The notes under the pieces: model-generated
Seen by the model: the letters and a program-made list of their open reading frames with translations, nothing else
Told to the model about the DNA's origin: nothing
Databases searched by the model: none
Virus record (IMG/VR): IMGVR_UViG_3300035698_029580
DNA from: a virus
Lineage: Duplodnaviria > Caudoviricetes
Strand: one strand, 5' to 3'
Length of the DNA stretch: 64,000 nt
Shown: positions 10,578 through 20,484 of the stretch, piece by piece
Numbering within the stretch: the first letter of the stretch is position 1
Layout of the letters: the number at the start of each line of letters is the position of its first letter
Position numbers and translations under genes: made by a program

Positions 10578-11105
10578 ATGAGTAAAAATGATGTCTGTTG
10601 TGGAAGTTTAGGAAATGAATTTGAAATTTCTAAAGTAGTTACAATTAAATTCAAAAAATTGAGTAAAGATGCTATTATTCCACAATATCAAAAAGAGGGA
10701 GATGCTGGTTTTGATTTCCATGCAGTAATAGATAATAAAGATTATGTTACAGGTGAAAAAGAAATTTGTATTGCTTCTAAAGAACAGAAAATTGTACGAA
10801 CTGGATTAGCTATGTCTATTCCAAAAGGATATGAATTACAAATAAGACCTAGAAGTGGATTGGCTGCAAAACATGCAATTACAATTACCAATAGTCCAGG
10901 AACTATAGATAGTTTTTTCAGGTGCGAAATAAAAATTATAATTTATAATATGGGATCAGAAGAATTTAAAATATGCCAAGGAGATAGAATAGCCCAAGGA
11001 GTTTTAAATAAACTTCCCTTAGCAGTAATAGAAGAAATAGAAGATTTTTCTCAAGAAGATAATGAAAATGATAGAGGAGGAGGATTTGGTTCTACAGGAA
11101 AATAA
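10578..11105 (+). CDS. dut: trimeric dUTPase
   Basis: AGFD, RPRSGLA, GTID, GDRIAQ and RGGGFGSTG motifs; AAGGA RBS before ATG 10578. Confidence 0.93.
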   Translation: MSKNDVCCGSLGNEFEISKVVTIKFKKLSKDAIIPQYQKEGDAGFDFHAVIDNKDYVTGEKEICIASKEQKIVRTGLAMSIPKGYELQIRPRSGLAAKHAITITNSPGTIDSFFRCEIKIIIYNMGSEEFKICQGDRIAQGVLNKLPLAVIEEIEDFSQEDNENDRGGGFGSTGK

Positions 11106-11135
11106 AAATATTATAATTTAAAAAACATTATTTAT

Positions 11136-11161
11136 AGCCCATGGCTTCCTTGGGCTTTTTT
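11136..11161 (+). terminator. intrinsic terminator
   Basis: AGCCCA..TGGGCT hairpin followed by a T tract after dut. Confidence 0.7.
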
Positions 11162-11204
11162 AATTATAAGGATTTTTTTATTTTTTATCGAATATATAGT
11201 ATAT

Positions 11205-12962
11205 ATGTCAATTAATTCAAATAATGTTGTGTTCGTTTATCGAGCCGGAGACTCAAATAGTCTAGAGGTGGCTAGGCACTATCAAAATCTTCATGATCTA
11301 GATGATAGACAATTAATTTCAGTTCCTTGCTCCGATACTGAAATACTTGATAATGAAACTCAGTTTAATTCTGAGGTTCTTAATCCTCTGGATGAAGCTC
11401 TTTATGGTACTTCTTCTCAATTAATAAATGATGAATATGGTAGTTTCTTAAATATTTGGGTTATTGTATTAGGATATAATGTTCCAGGAGGATTTTATGA
11501 TGATTTTGATATAGTTTCTTCTACTTCTCGTATTTCTAGAATTAATTATAATTTTTCCAAAAAAGTAAGAAATGATTTATATGACAGAAAAGTATTCAAG
11601 AGATTTGATGCAGAAGATGCTGAAAAATGTTTAATTGTATCGAGAATTGATGCTCCAACAGCAGCATTAGCTAAAGAAATAATAGATAATGCTGAGATGG
11701 TAATTAAACAAAGATATGTTAATGGAAAATTATTCTTTGATCCTTATTCTGATATTTCTGGAGTTGATGCAGAAAATTATACTCAATTAATGTTAGATTT
11801 TTTTGAAAAAGTTTTTCCTAGTTTAAATATAGAATATTTTTCTACTGTTTATTTAGATCCATATATAGATTCTGTTCTTCCTTATGCTTTAGATGATTCA
11901 TTTGTTTGGTCTTGGTTTTCTGATCGTGGTTCTTCAGATTTTTTCAGAAATTCAGTGACATCTCGTATATTTCATTATAATGCTGATTATGATGGAGCAT
12001 TTACGGTTAGAGATTTATTATGGAGAGGTTGGCCTCGTTTGGCTTTAGAATCTGGTTATACCAATTGTGCAGGTTCTATGTCAATGCCAGGTATAGATGC
12101 TTTTTTAAATCCTAAATCTATGTTTGTTAATCTTTATCGTGGAGCCACCATAGGAGAAGCTTTTTTAGTTAGTATGCCTTATTTTGATTGGACTGTTACT
12201 TTTTTTGGAGATCCATTAATACAAATAGAATTTCCTGTAACTTTAGCTATTGATGATTCTGAAATTGAAGAAAACGAAGATTATAAAAGAATGTCAGAAA
12301 AGTTGGCTCGTTCATTGGCATATTATGATTTTAAAAGGATAAAATTTGAAGAAATTAGAGATAGTATAATAGATTCAGTAGATGTGGAAGCATCTGTGGA
12401 CTTATTGGCTCCAGTTATGAAATTATATCTTTCATGTGATACTTCTAAACAAAATCAATTATTTGAAAAAGTTGTGCAAAGATTTTTTGAGTATCCGATA
12501 GTACGTTTTCAATCTACTGTAAATGATTATCTTACACAGAAAGATTATAAATTAAGTGAATTAATAACAAATACACTAAAAGAAGAAAATATTGTATCTT
12601 CTTCAAATATTTTGCCGGAAGGTTATTGGAAATTTGAATCTGATATTTATGATGATGCTGGTGTGTTTTCTTTTTATCATTTTGAACTTCAAATTTCTGA
12701 ACAAGAAAATTTTTCTAGTATATTATTTACGATGAATAGTAGTAGTGATCAAGATAATTGGTATTATGAAAAAGACAAGAATGAGTTTACTCCAATTGCC
12801 AAACTTGGGGTTCCCTCTAGTTTTGTTGGTAGAAGAGTTAGGTATACCAGTCCAATTTTAGAATATATGGATAGATCAACAATATACTATTGTCGTATAA
12901 GACAACTTGCAAATAACCAAGAATATCAATTTAGACCAAATAGAGATATTATTTACTCATGA
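11205..12962 (+). CDS. TIGR03790-like protein with a C-terminal beta-rich extension
   Basis: N-terminal VVFVY...SLEVARHY, IVSRIDAP and GATIGEAF...W...FFGDPL patterns recalled from TIGR03790. Confidence 0.6.
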   Translation: MSINSNNVVFVYRAGDSNSLEVARHYQNLHDLDDRQLISVPCSDTEILDNETQFNSEVLNPLDEALYGTSSQLINDEYGSFLNIWVIVLGYNVPGGFYDDFDIVSSTSRISRINYNFSKKVRNDLYDRKVFKRFDAEDAEKCLIVSRIDAPTAALAKEIIDNAEMVIKQRYVNGKLFFDPYSDISGVDAENYTQLMLDFFEKVFPSLNIEYFSTVYLDPYIDSVLPYALDDSFVWSWFSDRGSSDFFRNSVTSRIFHYNADYDGAFTVRDLLWRGWPRLALESGYTNCAGSMSMPGIDAFLNPKSMFVNLYRGATIGEAFLVSMPYFDWTVTFFGDPLIQIEFPVTLAIDDSEIEENEDYKRMSEKLARSLAYYDFKRIKFEEIRDSIIDSVDVEASVDLLAPVMKLYLSCDTSKQNQLFEKVVQRFFEYPIVRFQSTVNDYLTQKDYKLSELITNTLKEENIVSSSNILPEGYWKFESDIYDDAGVFSFYHFELQISEQENFSSILFTMNSSSDQDNWYYEKDKNEFTPIAKLGVPSSFVGRRVRYTSPILEYMDRSTIYYCRIRQLANNQEYQFRPNRDIIYS

Positions 12963-13363
12963 TTACTATAGCAACCTATCAATCAATTGCAGATGATTTA
13001 GCGATTGCCCAAGATGAGGGACTTTTAATTAAAGCATATTTAGGAGAAATGCAAACTACCCTAGAAGCTTCTGAGGTTCCATCTACTGAGAGTGCCAAAG
13101 ATAATCTAAGTTCTGAAATTAATAATACTTATAATAAGGCAAATATCTACCATAATGATATAAATCCTGAAGTAATCAGGTTTGTAACAAGTCTTCAAAG
13201 TCATGTATTAAAATATTATAACTCTGTAGATGATTATTTAGAAGCAACAGGAATTAGGGTTTATTGTACTTTTGCTCGTATTTCATTAGCAGCTAGTTTT
13301 CCAATAAGTTTGGACTATATAATAGATGCTGAATATTGTGATTTAAATATTTTTGGTGATTAA
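12959..13363 (+). CDS. hypothetical protein
   Basis: ATGA-coupled to the upstream gene, directly before terL. Confidence 0.6.
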   Translation: MITIATYQSIADDLAIAQDEGLLIKAYLGEMQTTLEASEVPSTESAKDNLSSEINNTYNKANIYHNDINPEVIRFVTSLQSHVLKYYNSVDDYLEATGIRVYCTFARISLAASFPISLDYIIDAEYCDLNIFGD

Positions 13364-13388
13364 ATAATAATGGACAAATAATAACAAA

Positions 13389-15305
13389 ATGGCATTAACC
13401 CCAAAACATGCAAAATCTTTAGCATCTGCTCTTTCTGATTTAAAACAACAGATTACTATTTCTAATTCTGGAACAAAAGAAATACCTGATATAGTTACGT
13501 TTTGTGAAGATCCAGAATGGTTAGGATTGGCTAATCACCCAACCAATCCCATTTCTTTATATCGAGTGCAAAAATTAGTACTTAAGGCTTTTTATAGGGG
13601 AAGCATAGGAAATGAAAAGTTAACATTAACTGAAGAAGAAATAGAAATGTGCAACAAGTTAGGATTAACAAATGATGACAAAGGTAATTTGTTAGAAAAA
13701 TATAAAAGTGGAGAGTTATTCAACGAATTAATTTTAGTTTGGGGAAGACGTTCTGGTAAAGATTTTTGTGTTGGTATTATTGCTTTATATGAAGCCATGA
13801 AAATATTGGAGTGTCCTGGGGGAGATCCATATTCACTTTATGAAATATCTTCGGCAAACTCAATAAATATTTTGACAGTGGCAAATTCCGGTAAACAGGC
13901 ACAATTAGCGTTCCAAGAGATTAAAGATAAAATTTTATATAGTCCATATTTCAGGGATAAATATTTAAAAGAGGGCATTACGTCTTCTTCTATCTATTTA
14001 CTTACTCCTCAAGATAAGGAAGATAATAAAAATTTTAAAAATAAAGGTTTACCTTTAAAAAAGGGCAGTGTTTGTGTGGTGGTGGGACATAGTAACTCAG
14101 ATACTCTTTTAGGAATGGGTTGTATTGTTCTTATCCTTGATGAGATGGCGTCATACAAAACTACTGGAGGTGCTTCTTCCGGAGATAGAATTTATGCTGC
14201 TCTTACCCCAACATTAAGTACTTATTGTCGAAAAACTTATGAGATTGATGAAAATGGAGAATTTGTTAGAGAAGAAAATGGACAAAGAATAGTAGCAAAA
14301 AGAGAATATGATGGCAAAGTCATTAGTATTTCCTCTCCTCGAGGTAAAGAAGGAAAATTTTATTCTTTATTTTCAAATTCTCATGAATCAAAACGTAGAT
14401 TAGTTTGTCGTTTGGCCACATGGGAAGTTAACCCAACTCATACCAAGGAATCACTAAGGAATGAACATTTGGATATGAGTGAACAAGAATTTATGATGGA
14501 GTTTGGTGCTGAATTTTCTGGTTTAGCTGGAGAATCATTCTTTTTAGAAGAACAAGTAGAAGATTGTTTTTATGGAAATATAGAAAATAAAGAACACGGG
14601 CAGGCAGGATTTGTTTATTTCGTTCATTTAGACCCTGCCACATCGTCTCATAACTATGCTTTAGTGGTTGTCCATAAAGAACAATATATTGACAAAGAAA
14701 AAAATGAATCTGATTTTGTTGTTGTGGTAGATCATATAAAATGTTGGTATCCAACTAAGAATAATCCCATTAATCCTCTTGAAGTTGATAATTATGTATT
14801 AGGACTAAAGAGAAGATTTTATTTAGGAATGTTGACTTATGATCAGTGGAATGAACAGAGAGCAATTTTAAAATTAAAAAATGCTGGAATTCCCAATAAA
14901 AAAACACAATTTAGTAACAGATATAAAAATATGATTTATGGAGAATTAGAACAATTAGTTATGACCCGTAGATTAATTATTCCTCATCATCATCTATTAA
15001 AACAGGAAATGTTAGAATTACAAAGAAAATTTACTGCAACAGGATTTAAAGTATATCCCAAAACTGATGGTGAAGGAGCAAAGAGCGATGATGTTTGCGA
15101 CGCATTAGCGGGAGCTTGTTATATCGCAATTAACCATGAGATTAAAAAATTACCCCATGGAAGAACTGTGGAAATGCCTGCTTTTGCTAATAATCAGAAT
15201 ATTACTTGGAGAAGTATGCAGGGAACCCCTTATGGAGTAGGACCAGGACAAGTTGTAGCCAAACAACTTGAAAATAGAAGTAGTTGGCCTAAATACAAGA
15301 GATAA
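13389..15305 (+). CDS. terL: terminase large subunit
   Basis: Walker A GRRSGKD, Walker B IVLILDE, coupling motif ISSP, RNase H-like HLDPA / DQW / DDVCDA. Confidence 0.9.
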   Translation: MALTPKHAKSLASALSDLKQQITISNSGTKEIPDIVTFCEDPEWLGLANHPTNPISLYRVQKLVLKAFYRGSIGNEKLTLTEEEIEMCNKLGLTNDDKGNLLEKYKSGELFNELILVWGRRSGKDFCVGIIALYEAMKILECPGGDPYSLYEISSANSINILTVANSGKQAQLAFQEIKDKILYSPYFRDKYLKEGITSSSIYLLTPQDKEDNKNFKNKGLPLKKGSVCVVVGHSNSDTLLGMGCIVLILDEMASYKTTGGASSGDRIYAALTPTLSTYCRKTYEIDENGEFVREENGQRIVAKREYDGKVISISSPRGKEGKFYSLFSNSHESKRRLVCRLATWEVNPTHTKESLRNEHLDMSEQEFMMEFGAEFSGLAGESFFLEEQVEDCFYGNIENKEHGQAGFVYFVHLDPATSSHNYALVVVHKEQYIDKEKNESDFVVVVDHIKCWYPTKNNPINPLEVDNYVLGLKRRFYLGMLTYDQWNEQRAILKLKNAGIPNKKTQFSNRYKNMIYGELEQLVMTRRLIIPHHHLLKQEMLELQRKFTATGFKVYPKTDGEGAKSDDVCDALAGACYIAINHEIKKLPHGRTVEMPAFANNQNITWRSMQGTPYGVGPGQVVAKQLENRSSWPKYKR

Positions 15306-15376
15306 AAGAGGAAATCTTAAAAAAATATAAAAATAAAACAAGAGAAATATGTAATTTTTATTTATAGGAAAGAAAC

Positions 15377-16297
15377 ATGAAATCATTTAACCTAAATAAG
15401 CAGGCAAAAAACGACTATATTTCAACTGAAAAGATGTTAAATCAGTATAATCAAGATAAGAAGAACAAGTCTCCTGATACTATCACAGATATGACATTGG
15501 GAGAAAATGGTAGAAAAGATGCTGACAATACAGTGCCATTAGACACTCAGCTTTCTGCAGTTATGCCCTCTGTAAAACAAGATACTATAGTAGAATCTAG
15601 ATTAGATAAAGAAGGCAAAGATGGTAAGGGCATGAATGATAAGAGATTAGATTTATGGGATACAAATATTAGTACATATGCATTATTGTCAGAATCTTAT
15701 GATCAAAAAAAATTACGTGCTTTTAATGATGCTAACAAAGAAAAAAGAGACACAAGTTTTTGGGACAAATATGTTGGTCAACAAATGGAGGGGAAAGAAA
15801 CAACAATAGTTAGTGATTTACAACGTAGTCAGCTAGAAAATGATCCAGAACGATTTAAAAAGATGTCTGTAAAAGGAAATATGGTTGAAAATGTTAAAAA
15901 ATTCATCACGAAACAAGATTTAGAAAAGATGGTTTCTGCTTCTATAAAGGATGCTGATAGTATGTTATTTCATATTTATGCTAATTCTTTTTCAGAGGGC
16001 AGAGAATTGAATGATAAAGAAAAACAAATAGTTAGAGATATAAATGCTGGCAAATTAAGAAAATTTTGTCAAAAATCTAGTTGGATGGATGTGTCTAGTT
16101 TATCTTTTGATGATATGGCAGGGGGAAAACTTCCTCAAGAAGAACCGTGGCAAGAAACACCTAGAGAATATGATGATATTACAATAAAACAAGAAAATGG
16201 AAAAGCTGTAGTTTATGAAGAAAATATTCCTATAGATAACTATGCGTCAGTAAGAGAAGCTAAGGACAATTATCCCGAAGCTAAGATTGTTCAATAA
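15377..16297 (+). CDS. putative internal head protein
   Basis: Follows terL; FNLNKQA leader; TEKML / VESRL motifs resembling the scaffold ITEKQL repeats. Confidence 0.5.
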   Translation: MKSFNLNKQAKNDYISTEKMLNQYNQDKKNKSPDTITDMTLGENGRKDADNTVPLDTQLSAVMPSVKQDTIVESRLDKEGKDGKGMNDKRLDLWDTNISTYALLSESYDQKKLRAFNDANKEKRDTSFWDKYVGQQMEGKETTIVSDLQRSQLENDPERFKKMSVKGNMVENVKKFITKQDLEKMVSASIKDADSMLFHIYANSFSEGRELNDKEKQIVRDINAGKLRKFCQKSSWMDVSSLSFDDMAGGKLPQEEPWQETPREYDDITIKQENGKAVVYEENIPIDNYASVREAKDNYPEAKIVQ

Positions 16298-16310
16298 ATA
16301 ATTGGTACAA

Positions 16311-16739
16311 ATGAGTAATTGGTATAAAATTAGTGCTCTTAGTCATCTTTCTAGATGGTATGTTCAAATACAAGCTAATATCTGGGTCCCACCACAAGAA
16401 ACTGAAGAACAAACAATAAAATTGGCTAGAGAAGCTCTCAAAAATCATCTTCCTCAAAATGGAGATGCCAGTAGTAGGTCTGGTATAGATTCGTTTGTTA
16501 GATATACTATACAAGAGGTTAAACCATTTGGTGGTAGAAAGTCCTACGGTCGTGTTCGTTATTTAGGAGTGATTACAGCAGATGTGTGGGTCCCTCCTCA
16601 GGAAAATAAAGAAGAAGAATATTCTACAGCATATCGAGTTGTGATAAATCATTTAGATAATAATGATGATGCTGGAGCCAGACTAGGAATAGATGCTAGC
16701 GTAAATTATATAATTACGGAATTGGAACTATACAGGTGA
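16311..16739 (+). CDS. hypothetical protein with tandem duplicated domain and NWYK leader
   Basis: Two copies of WVPPQE...NHL...GID; begins MSNWYKISA. Confidence 0.6.
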   Translation: MSNWYKISALSHLSRWYVQIQANIWVPPQETEEQTIKLAREALKNHLPQNGDASSRSGIDSFVRYTIQEVKPFGGRKSYGRVRYLGVITADVWVPPQENKEEEYSTAYRVVINHLDNNDDAGARLGIDASVNYIITELELYR

Positions 16740-17200
16740 ACTGGTATAAAAAAAAATTAGCTCATAGAGGTAATTTTCCCAAAGCATGGGATATTGATAA
16801 TATGCTACAGGTTCGTCAAGATCCTTATGCTTGGTATAAAGATAAATTAACGATGCCATCAGATGAAAATATTAGTGGTGGATTAGGAACAAGAGCTAGA
16901 GGCGGAGATTGGCCAGAAGATATCAGTGCTAATAAAGATATGTATGATCAACAACGAAAAATGGATATTCCTGGAGAAGAAGTTATAATGGATTTACCTC
17001 ATTGGGAAGGTATTCCTCCAGGTGCATTAGCAGATCCTGTAGACGCAATTAGTTTAAATAGAAAAACAATGGATGAGTTGTCTAGTCCTTCTCCACCCGT
17101 TGGTCCTTATAATCTACAGTCTGGTCGTAGAAAAAGACATTATCCTAGAAGGTTGAATAAGGATACTTTTGATTATATTGCAGTTAATCAAAAGAGTTAA
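16736..17200 (+). CDS. hypothetical head-module protein with NWYK leader
   Basis: GTG start overlapping the upstream stop; MNWYKKKLA. Confidence 0.6.
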   Translation: MNWYKKKLAHRGNFPKAWDIDNMLQVRQDPYAWYKDKLTMPSDENISGGLGTRARGGDWPEDISANKDMYDQQRKMDIPGEEVIMDLPHWEGIPPGALADPVDAISLNRKTMDELSSPSPPVGPYNLQSGRRKRHYPRRLNKDTFDYIAVNQKS

Positions 17201-17280
17201 TTTTCTACTAAATTCTCATTTTCTTCAACTTTTTAGCTATTTTCTTTCGATATAAAATTAAATAGTCTTATAAGGAGAAA

Positions 17281-18141
17281 ATGATGATTTTACGTGTGAA
17301 TAAAAATTTAAAGGGTGAAATAGTTCTACCTACATTTAACCATTCTTTGAAGGCAAATGCAACAATAACTGTATCAGACGAACAATTGTCTAATCCAGAC
17401 ATACAGATGGCTATTAACAGAGGTTATCTTATTGCTGGCAAAAAAACAGAAAAAACAACACCTAATAAAAAAGTTAAATTAATTAATTGTTCTTCTAAAA
17501 CGGTTACGATTGACAGCATTATTTTAACTCCTAATGCTGTTTTTTATGTAGACGAAAACAACATGGAAGATCCAAAATTGCAAACTGCTTTATCTGCTAA
17601 TCTTATCAAAAGAGCAAAAGTAAAAGAAAAAGTCAAAAAAACTGTTGCTACGAAGAAAAATAATTCTAAAAAAGAAGCATTTCTTCCAGAAAAAATATTA
17701 AAAGAACATGAAACTACTCCTCAATCATATAATCTTCGTTCTAAAAAAACTATGACAAATAAAGATGCTCATAAGAATATGTTTGGTAAAGAACCTCAAG
17801 TTTTAGAAACGAAATTTATCGATGAAGATGAAGAAAAGGTGGAAAAGAAAGAAATAAAATTAAAAACACGTAAAAAACGCAGAAAATCAATTTCTTCTAA
17901 AAAAACTACAAAAAAAAGAACTAAAAAAAAGACAAAAAAAAGGGCTGCTATTGAGCCAGTTGGAACCAGAAGAATACCTGTAAGTTCAGATGATGATTTG
18001 ACAATATCGTTAAATAGTAATGGCCAACCCCTTAATGAAACACAGGGATTAGGCAATGATATAAGTTTTGTTGATAATGAACAAAAAATAGAACGTATGA
18101 AAAAATCAGGTAAATTGCCAAACAACTCAGAAGTAAAATAA
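17281..18141 (+). CDS. hypothetical protein with two N-terminal repeats and a Lys-rich tail
   Basis: AAGGAG RBS; basic KKRTKKKTKKR tract. Confidence 0.65.
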   Translation: MMILRVNKNLKGEIVLPTFNHSLKANATITVSDEQLSNPDIQMAINRGYLIAGKKTEKTTPNKKVKLINCSSKTVTIDSIILTPNAVFYVDENNMEDPKLQTALSANLIKRAKVKEKVKKTVATKKNNSKKEAFLPEKILKEHETTPQSYNLRSKKTMTNKDAHKNMFGKEPQVLETKFIDEDEEKVEKKEIKLKTRKKRRKSISSKKTTKKRTKKKTKKRAAIEPVGTRRIPVSSDDDLTISLNSNGQPLNETQGLGNDISFVDNEQKIERMKKSGKLPNNSEVK

Positions 18142-18174
18142 AAGGTTTTTTCATCTTTTTTAGTATTTAAATTC

Positions 18175-18969
18175 ATGGAAAATCAATCAAGAGAAATACT
18201 GAATAAGGAACTCTGTCGATATGGAATAAAAATAATTGGCGGAGGAAAATGTCAATTTCACGACGTAGAAGGAAAACTCTATGTTCACAGAATAAGTGGA
18301 TTAATTAATAGAATACAAAAAGCAATTGATCACAATATATATCTATTTTCCTCTTTGTGGAAAAAAGTAGACAAAATAATTACTTCAGAATTAGATATGA
18401 AAAATGAAGATAAATGTTATGACACTAAGCTTAATCAACTTTTTACATGTAGTCTTAAAGATCTTTACAAATTGTTATTTTGTTTTGAGGAATATGATAG
18501 CACAGACATAGCCCGTCATTTATCAATTGCTCTCAATAGCGATATTAATTCTTTTTCTTTAAAACAAATAGAACAAATACCATCTCTTAAAATGTGTTTA
18601 GATTGGATTCATAGACTAATCCATCGTTTAATGTACGTAAAAAAAATGCTCATAGTTTCTGGGACAAAAAAAGAAACTAGTTCTCAATATGCAATTAAAA
18701 TAGCAAGAGGTGTCAGTGGTCCATGGGCTAATCTTGATGTTCCTCTGGGGGAAAGAATGTACCCATATGAAGGTGATGAATTGAGAGGTAGAGATATAGA
18801 TAAAAGAAATCAAAGACGTTATAAAGCTGGATTAGACAATTATAATGGAGATGGTCGAGTAAATGAAGGTCATTATTGGAGGGAAATTCGTAACGAACCC
18901 TTTAGTTGGTATGATTTAGAGACACAATCTCCTTATCCACATAGAAACACTCTTATTTATTGGGGCTAA
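18175..18969 (+). CDS. hypothetical head-module protein
   Basis: 264-aa ORF with a KIA site before a Trp/Tyr/Gly-rich C-terminal segment. Confidence 0.6.
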   Translation: MENQSREILNKELCRYGIKIIGGGKCQFHDVEGKLYVHRISGLINRIQKAIDHNIYLFSSLWKKVDKIITSELDMKNEDKCYDTKLNQLFTCSLKDLYKLLFCFEEYDSTDIARHLSIALNSDINSFSLKQIEQIPSLKMCLDWIHRLIHRLMYVKKMLIVSGTKKETSSQYAIKIARGVSGPWANLDVPLGERMYPYEGDELRGRDIDKRNQRRYKAGLDNYNGDGRVNEGHYWREIRNEPFSWYDLETQSPYPHRNTLIYWG

Positions 18970-18973
18970 ATAA

Positions 18974-19225
18974 ATGAAAATAATAATTTCTGAAAATGTT
19001 AAAAATAAAATAATAGAAGAATTATCGGATTTAGAGCATGAACAGTGGGTATATTGGTCTAAAGATATATCTAAAAAAGAAGATATTTCTCAAGACAGAA
19101 AAAATAGGTGGAAGAAACATTGGGTAGATTATGACAAATTAGATAATGAAGTAAAAGAAGAAGATAGAAAATGGGCTCGAAAAGTAATGAAAATTATAAA
19201 AAAATATTATAGATTGAAAGATTAA
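18974..19225 (+). CDS. stand-alone RyR-domain-like protein
   Basis: LSDLEHEQW...YDKLDNEVKEEDR matches the RyR repeat pattern (L..xEH..W / Y..L....K..DR). Confidence 0.55.
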   Translation: MKIIISENVKNKIIEELSDLEHEQWVYWSKDISKKEDISQDRKNRWKKHWVDYDKLDNEVKEEDRKWARKVMKIIKKYYRLKD

Positions 19226-19227
19226 GA

Positions 19228-19650
19228 ATGAAGTTAACTCAACATAAAATTGGCAAATCAATATTTGATTCTTTAATAGATTTTCTACCTGATATGCAAA
19301 TATCTCGTCACAAAGATTTTATCAATCCAATTGCAGCAGCAAATCTATTTAGAATATGGAGAAATTCCCCAAATAAAGTTGGGAAAAAGACTTACGAACG
19401 ACCCCCAACAATGGGAGCAAATGATTTAGAAGATATGGAAAAGTCAGGTTTAATAAAAATAATTGGTAGTAATATTGAAATTACTAAAAAAGGAGAAGAG
19501 GTTATAAAAGTTATGATATTAGGTGATGATCGTTCAGCATATGAAGAAGATGGAATTATTGTGGATTATAATACTTCTCTTAAAAATATAAAAAGTGTAA
19601 AAACAGCTAAAAAGAAAAGTAATTCGTGGTGGGATCGGTTTTCCAAATAA
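19228..19650 (+). CDS. hypothetical protein, possible winged helix
   Basis: LEDMEKSGLIKI...IEITKKGEEV resembles a wHTH wing. Confidence 0.5.
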   Translation: MKLTQHKIGKSIFDSLIDFLPDMQISRHKDFINPIAAANLFRIWRNSPNKVGKKTYERPPTMGANDLEDMEKSGLIKIIGSNIEITKKGEEVIKVMILGDDRSAYEEDGIIVDYNTSLKNIKSVKTAKKKSNSWWDRFSK

Positions 19651-19653
19651 ACT

Positions 19654-20037
19654 ATGGCACTTGTATCAGTAAACATTCCAGCTGTAAAAATAACTGAAAA
19701 AGTTAAAAAAAATAAAAACTTATGTTGGTATGATCCAGATGCTAGAAAGATGTTATATTTTAACGGAGGAAAATTATCATTTGATTATAAATATGATGAA
19801 AAAGATGGAAAATATAAAGTGGTTCCCAAAGTAGAAGATGTAGAAATTAATAAATATGTAACTAAAAAAGACAAAGATGTTATTATAAAATGGTTCGATA
19901 GAGAATATTTGTCTACTTCTATTTCGGTTCAAGATAAACATAATAATGTTATAATTTTTGATGTTCCAAATGATGAATTAAATGATTTTTTATATTCTTT
20001 AGACAGAAAACGGTTTGAATATTTCGTGGAAAAATAA
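19654..20037 (+). CDS. hypothetical protein
   Basis: ATG ORF tightly packed in the operon. Confidence 0.6.
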   Translation: MALVSVNIPAVKITEKVKKNKNLCWYDPDARKMLYFNGGKLSFDYKYDEKDGKYKVVPKVEDVEINKYVTKKDKDVIIKWFDREYLSTSISVQDKHNNVIIFDVPNDELNDFLYSLDRKRFEYFVEK

Positions 20038-20040
20038 AAT

Positions 20041-20484
20041 ATGAAAATAATTATTACAGCTAAAGCTAAGTTAAAAGAAGTTGAAATGTTTGGAACTTTA
20101 AAACAAACAAAAGATGGATTTGTATATCTTGATGTTTCTAATGATATAATTGATGGTTTATTTTCTTTAATAAATTCTGATAATAAAGAAAAACCCCCTT
20201 ATAATCTTAAGTCTTTTAATAGTGTAGGTGCTCATGTTTCTGTTATAGGTACTGATGAATATAATGATAATGAAATAGGTAAAATTGAGGAACTGGGAGA
20301 GGAAATCAGTTTTAAGCCAGATAAATTTTCTCAGGTAAATCCTGATGGTTGGGACGAAATGGAAAAAGTATATTTTTTAAAGGTAAAATCTCCTAGACTT
20401 GAAGAAATACGTAAAAATTATGGATTATCTAAAAAACAAAATGGACACGAATTTCATATTACTTTTGCGGTAGAAAGAAAATGA
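20041..20484 (+). CDS. 2H phosphoesterase superfamily protein
   Basis: Two HxS/T motifs: AHVSV and FHITF. Confidence 0.75.
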   Translation: MKIIITAKAKLKEVEMFGTLKQTKDGFVYLDVSNDIIDGLFSLINSDNKEKPPYNLKSFNSVGAHVSVIGTDEYNDNEIGKIEELGEEISFKPDKFSQVNPDGWDEMEKVYFLKVKSPRLEEIRKNYGLSKKQNGHEFHITFAVERK

